NCBI GenBank assembly: GCA_021792255.1
Contig: JAJYUZ010000003.1
Coordinates: 128,001 to 192,000, forward strand
Reading direction: 5' to 3'
DNA: 64,000 nucleotides
Source: Thermoplasmata archaeon
GTDB taxonomy: Archaea; Thermoplasmatota; Thermoplasmata; Thermoplasmatales; GCA-001856825
In this document: positions 61,445 through 64,000 of the stretch, piece by piece
How the letters are laid out: each line of letters starts with the position of its first letter
Numbering within the stretch: position 1 is the first letter of the stretch
Notes under the pieces: model-generated
Databases searched by the model: none
Told to the model about the DNA's origin: nothing
What the model saw: the letters and a program-made list of their open reading frames with translations, nothing else
Translations under genes and position numbers: made by a program

Positions 61445-61846
61445 TTAGTCCAGAAAGTATATCTTCTTTCTCGCCACGTCAACAATCATAAACACTGCCA
61501 ACAGAGATATGACTGTCAGAAGTACCACCTGTATCGCTACTGTCGCCGCGTTATCTGCGAAGTACTTTCCGAACAACAACGACAACACCGCGGTGGTAAC
61601 GGAAAACGTAAGCCAAGAATGCTGTGCTCCAATCTTGCCAAATTTTTCAGAGCCCTCAGGACCATGCTCTTTCACAGTAGTCACCCGTACTAGTCCAAAT
61701 ACTGCAGACAGAACATTGACCAGTGCAAGTATCTCGAGCTCTATAGACGTAGCCTTGTTTGATGCGGTCAGTACTGCCACCAAAGTCACGAGGGACAGCA
61801 CTGCAAAGAGTGCCAGCGTTAAATTGACCGTCTTCTTTAGATCCAT
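61445..61846 (-). CDS. hypothetical 4-TM membrane protein
   Basis: 133 aa, hydrophobic, 2 nt downstream of the permease stop, with a GGAGG SD. Confidence 0.7.
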   Translation of the reverse strand: MDLKKTVNLTLALFAVLSLVTLVAVLTASNKATSIELEILALVNVLSAVFGLVRVTTVKEHGPEGSEKFGKIGAQHSWLTFSVTTAVLSLLFGKYFADNAATVAIQVVLLTVISLLAVFMIVDVARKKIYFLD

Positions 61847-61848
61847 GA

Positions 61849-63291
61849 CTATTCCTTCCCTCCTGAGGACTTGGGAGATTCTCCTATTGCGGCCAACAGT
61901 TTCCTATGTTCATACTCACCAAACTCATATCTAATATTCAGCGCCTTGCATACGTAAGCGATGATTATGTAGGCAACTATCCCCACAACGAATGCATTAA
62001 CGGCGGCAATACCGATGTGTAAAAATAGTCCAGTTGCAGCGCCTATCGCGAAACTTAATATGCCGTTTACGTTTATTTCAGGATACTTACCTTCCGTGGT
62101 AAATTTGTACCGGTCTTCAAATCTCCGTATCCCCTTGACGTATCTGTGAACTATATAGAAATCAGCAATGACAACACCAGCAGCTGCTGGCAGCAAATCT
62201 CCAAGCACGGTTATAAAATTCTCAAACGGAGCTATGGATGCACCGGAAGTGTATCCTATCCATGCAGCTATCCCAACTCCTATGACGCCGTTTATGATTG
62301 CAGCAGTTCCACGTTTCATCTTCCAGAGATTTACGAGCGAAAGAGAGCCCGAATAGAGGTTAACTGCGTTTATGCATAGTTGCCCGAGAATTATGATCAG
62401 GAGTACCGCTATCCCCATCCCAACGCTTAACATGGCTTCCGTAACGAGGTATGTACCAGTTACAAGAACAAGTGCCACGCCACCCAGTATGAGGAATGGA
62501 TAGATGGCAAACATGTGAGTAGTCCAAGAGACCCAAGCGATTGTGCCTGATTTCGAGAACCTCGCTAGGTCACCTGCAATGAGTGCACCCGCTATGTACA
62601 ATCCGACAGCAGCTGTAATTCCCTCCGCCATTGAATAGGGATGGAGCGGTCGGAGAGTCAATAGATTACCGCCCCCATGCACCAGAGAGAGGGCGATAAT
62701 AAAACCTACGCCAATCAACCATATGTGCTGCGGAAGCGCTATGTAAGTGAGGAACGATAGTGCCCTGTAACCTATGTACGTTGCAAGAACCATCAGTGCA
62801 CCCCCCCAGAGAGAATCAAAGACTATGTTGTGAAGCAGACCAGTTGCAAACATCTCAGACATGACTATTCCAAACAACCATGTTTCTACAGCGTACCATC
62901 CTATGCCTGTCGTGACCATTATGAGCACGACTCCAAATATTCCAGCCGGTATTCTACCAAAAGAATATCTCCAGTTCAGATAGGTGGAGCCTCCACTCTT
63001 GGCAGACATGAAACCGGTTAAGGAGCCAATTATGGCTAGTATGGTGCTTGCTGCAAACACAGCTATTACTGCACCTACAAAAGTCAGACCGTATCCAAGC
63101 GCTCCTCCTCCCCACACGACAGCAATCGCTGCGAACGAAGCATTCATCACCATGAACAGGTTGAAAAATCCTCTTCTGGATTTCCTTGGAACTTCTTTAA
63201 GTGAGAAGTCGTCAACTATGTCTCCAAGCTTGTTTTTAGAAGGATTTTTTGACATCTGCCCGGTCGGAGCGTTCTCTCCAGCCATGGTCAA
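61849..63291 (-). CDS. cytosine/purine/hydantoin permease (NCS1, CodB-like)
   Basis: Motifs DFSL..VP...R, FG..., GIGWYAV, D.ARF, NLYSGSL and GV..ADFY. Confidence 0.88.
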   Translation of the reverse strand: MTMAGENAPTGQMSKNPSKNKLGDIVDDFSLKEVPRKSRRGFFNLFMVMNASFAAIAVVWGGGALGYGLTFVGAVIAVFAASTILAIIGSLTGFMSAKSGGSTYLNWRYSFGRIPAGIFGVVLIMVTTGIGWYAVETWLFGIVMSEMFATGLLHNIVFDSLWGGALMVLATYIGYRALSFLTYIALPQHIWLIGVGFIIALSLVHGGGNLLTLRPLHPYSMAEGITAAVGLYIAGALIAGDLARFSKSGTIAWVSWTTHMFAIYPFLILGGVALVLVTGTYLVTEAMLSVGMGIAVLLIIILGQLCINAVNLYSGSLSLVNLWKMKRGTAAIINGVIGVGIAAWIGYTSGASIAPFENFITVLGDLLPAAAGVVIADFYIVHRYVKGIRRFEDRYKFTTEGKYPEINVNGILSFAIGAATGLFLHIGIAAVNAFVVGIVAYIIIAYVCKALNIRYEFGEYEHRKLLAAIGESPKSSGGKE

Positions 63292-63739
63292 CCCTCCTTT
63301 TTAGTCGTTAGAAAAAGTACTTCAGTAGGGTAAAAACTCACTGCTAACATGTTACTTCACATTTGTACGCATTCAAAGTATTTAATTTTTTCACAATTCT
63401 CACTTTTTACAAAAAAAAATATCATAGGCATAGGACTTGTATCCTGATAGTTCATTATGAATTATTCAATTATCTTAAGGACTATATGGACTGAGTCTGA
63501 TGTTTTCTCTTTTGTTTGTTATCAATCGAATTACTTTCGTAAAAAAAAAATTCTGAGAAATGGTGATAAAATGGAAAATAAGAATCTTTAATATGAGCAA
63601 GCTAATGAGAGTTCGATAGAATGAGTTATCGGTTGGCACTTGACGATAAGGATTTCTTGAGGAGATTTGTAAAATTTGCGGTGTCGTCTCATCATCTCGA
63701 GATTGATAGAAACACCCTTCCATTGGAGAGGGAATTGAC

Positions 63740-64000
63740 GTGAGAGATTTAAACGTCCAGGATTTGGAGAATCTCGAGGTGGGGGCTGGCATCCTTGGAA
63801 CCGGTGGAGGTGGGGACCCCTATATAGGAAAACTCCTCGCAAGGGAACAACTCCTAAGGGGGAAGAAAATCACACTCGTAGATCCAAAGGAGGTAGATTC
63901 TGAGTCCGAAATACTCCCAGTAGCGATGATGGGAGCTCCCGTGATTATGATCGAGAAAGTTCCAGGAGGCAAGGAAGTTGTAAAATCTCTAGAGTATTTC
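63740..64000 (+). CDS. DUF917 family protein, N-terminal part (runs off the window end)
   Basis: Not in the ORF track. From GTG 63740: MRDLNVQDLENLEVGAGILGTGGGGDPYIGKLLA...VAMMGAPVIMIEKVPGG, open to the window end. Confidence 0.85.
   Translation, partial: MRDLNVQDLENLEVGAGILGTGGGGDPYIGKLLAREQLLRGKKITLVDPKEVDSESEILPVAMMGAPVIMIEKVPGGKEVVKSLEYF

Noticed and set aside
53428-64000. Integrated element at tRNA-Thr(GGT)
   Set aside because: No integrase and no duplicated tRNA 3' end (att site) seen within the window.
1-64000. CRISPR arrays, IS elements, rRNA, inteins and defence systems
   Set aside because: No spaced repeats, transposase or rRNA-like sequence was seen. GyrA, GyrB and PAN have ordinary lengths.

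Overview
This is a gene-dense archaeal chromosome segment. Archaeal markers include the thermosome, PAN, fibrillarin, aIF2-gamma, S6e and a Sec11-type signal peptidase. Bacterial-type gyrase and a heavily N-glycosylatable binding protein point to an acidophilic Thermoplasmata lineage. PAN and a canonical mevalonate kinase suggest it lies outside Thermoplasma proper (inference). Contents in order: a 3-part Pnt transhydrogenase; a ~16 kb omega-amine/beta-alanine/GABA catabolic region (saccharopine-dehydrogenase-like enzyme, three class-III aminotransferases, MMSDH, SSADH, a split peptide-type ABC transporter, two BarR/Grp-like Lrp regulators); housekeeping genes; cbs/cgl; a lipA-E1a-E1b-E2-E3-lipB 2-oxoacid dehydrogenase operon followed by a GNAT/ADP-forming acyl-CoA synthetase fusion; EtfABCX (Fix); two tRNA-Thr genes; an ALDH/Fe-ADH pair; and a DUF917/hydantoinase/NCS1 locus. 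The best candidate for an undescribed system is a translationally coupled triplet at 58427-61300: an apparently ATPase-dead hydantoinase-A-like protein, an Lrp regulator and a divergent DUF917 protein. It sits next to a canonical DUF917 gene and looks like a pseudoenzyme-based sensing module. Also notable: both tRNA-Thr genes encode C at the near-invariant U55. No CRISPR array, IS element, integrase or rRNA was seen. All calls come from motif recognition by eye; no searches were run.
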